Source: an uncultured delta proteobacterium
GTDB taxonomy: Bacteria; Myxococcota_A; Polyangia; Fen-1088
DNA: 64,000 nt
Assembly (NCBI GenBank): GCA_963767925.1
Contig: CAVYGB010000002.1
Location: 288,001-352,000 of the forward strand
Reading direction: 5' to 3'
Position 1 is the first letter of the stretch, and each line of letters begins with the position of its first letter. The position numbers and the translations under genes were made by a program. A model generated the notes under the pieces. That model saw nothing but the letters and a program-made list of their open reading frames with translations. It had not been told where the DNA came from and made no database searches. Shown here one piece after another: positions 63,655 through 64,000 of the stretch.

Positions 63655-64000
63655 ATGCAAGTCAGCAACGAGGATCCGGCCGAGAGCGAGGGCCGCGCCG
63701 ACGAGCCGGCGCGCCCCCAGGGGTGGCGGGCGCGGCTGTTCCGCCTGTCGGGCAGCATGCGCATCTGGCAAAAGCTGGTGATCATCTGCCTGGTCTTCTC
63801 CACCCCCTCGCTGCCGCTGCTCTGGTTCTTCGTGCGGGCCCTCGACCGGGACATCCAGCTCCTGCACCGGCAGTCGTGTGGCAACGCCTTCGCCGAGAAG
63901 ATGCACCAGCTCCTGGAGACCGCGGTGCGCCTGCGCCTGCAGACCGCCTCGCCGCGGGTGACCTCCGCCGCCGAGCGCGGCTCACCCGCCGCCCTGGCCA
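63655..64000 (+). CDS. N-terminus of a membrane sensor (probable MCP or kinase), truncated by the window end
   Basis: Manual translation ...MRIWQKLVIICLVFSTPSLPLLWFFV... (TM1 pattern); open to the window end; follows cheB. Confidence 0.6.
   Translation, partial: MQVSNEDPAESEGRADEPARPQGWRARLFRLSGSMRIWQKLVIICLVFSTPSLPLLWFFVRALDRDIQLLHRQSCGNAFAEKMHQLLETAVRLRLQTASPRVTSAAERGSPAALA

Overview
High-GC bacterial DNA whose gene content (Ser/Thr kinases, TPR/PEGA proteins, Gly-linker and Cys-rich lipoproteins, PilZ proteins, HEAT-CheR-CheB) points to a myxobacterium; this is an inference. It carries about 50 CDSs. Core genes include prkA-yeaH-spoVR, mltG, ruvX, mutM, gloA, an ATP-dependent DNA ligase and cheR/cheB. 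I found no rRNA, tRNA, CRISPR array, integrase or transposase. Intergenic DNA holds many REP-like palindromes, MITE-like hairpins and tandem arrays (6, 34, 39/38 and 94 bp). The strongest candidates for undescribed biology are: (1) a co-oriented cluster of 2xPilZ-GNAT-like enzyme, fatty-acid desaturase, multi-TM double histidine kinase, flavin halogenase and membrane protein, resembling a c-di-GMP-gated make-and-sense system for a halogenated acyl signal; (2) an ECF sigma factor fused through a TM helix to a LamG domain, divergent from a lyase-like lipoprotein; (3) two TPR proteins sharing a C-terminal C-x-P-x5-G-x2-C-x3-F motif, each next to a lipoprotein; (4) a small amphipathic peptide paired with a CPBP protease behind a sigma54-like promoter. 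Three genes show single-base frameshifts that may be sequencing errors. Family assignments come from motif recognition, not database searches.
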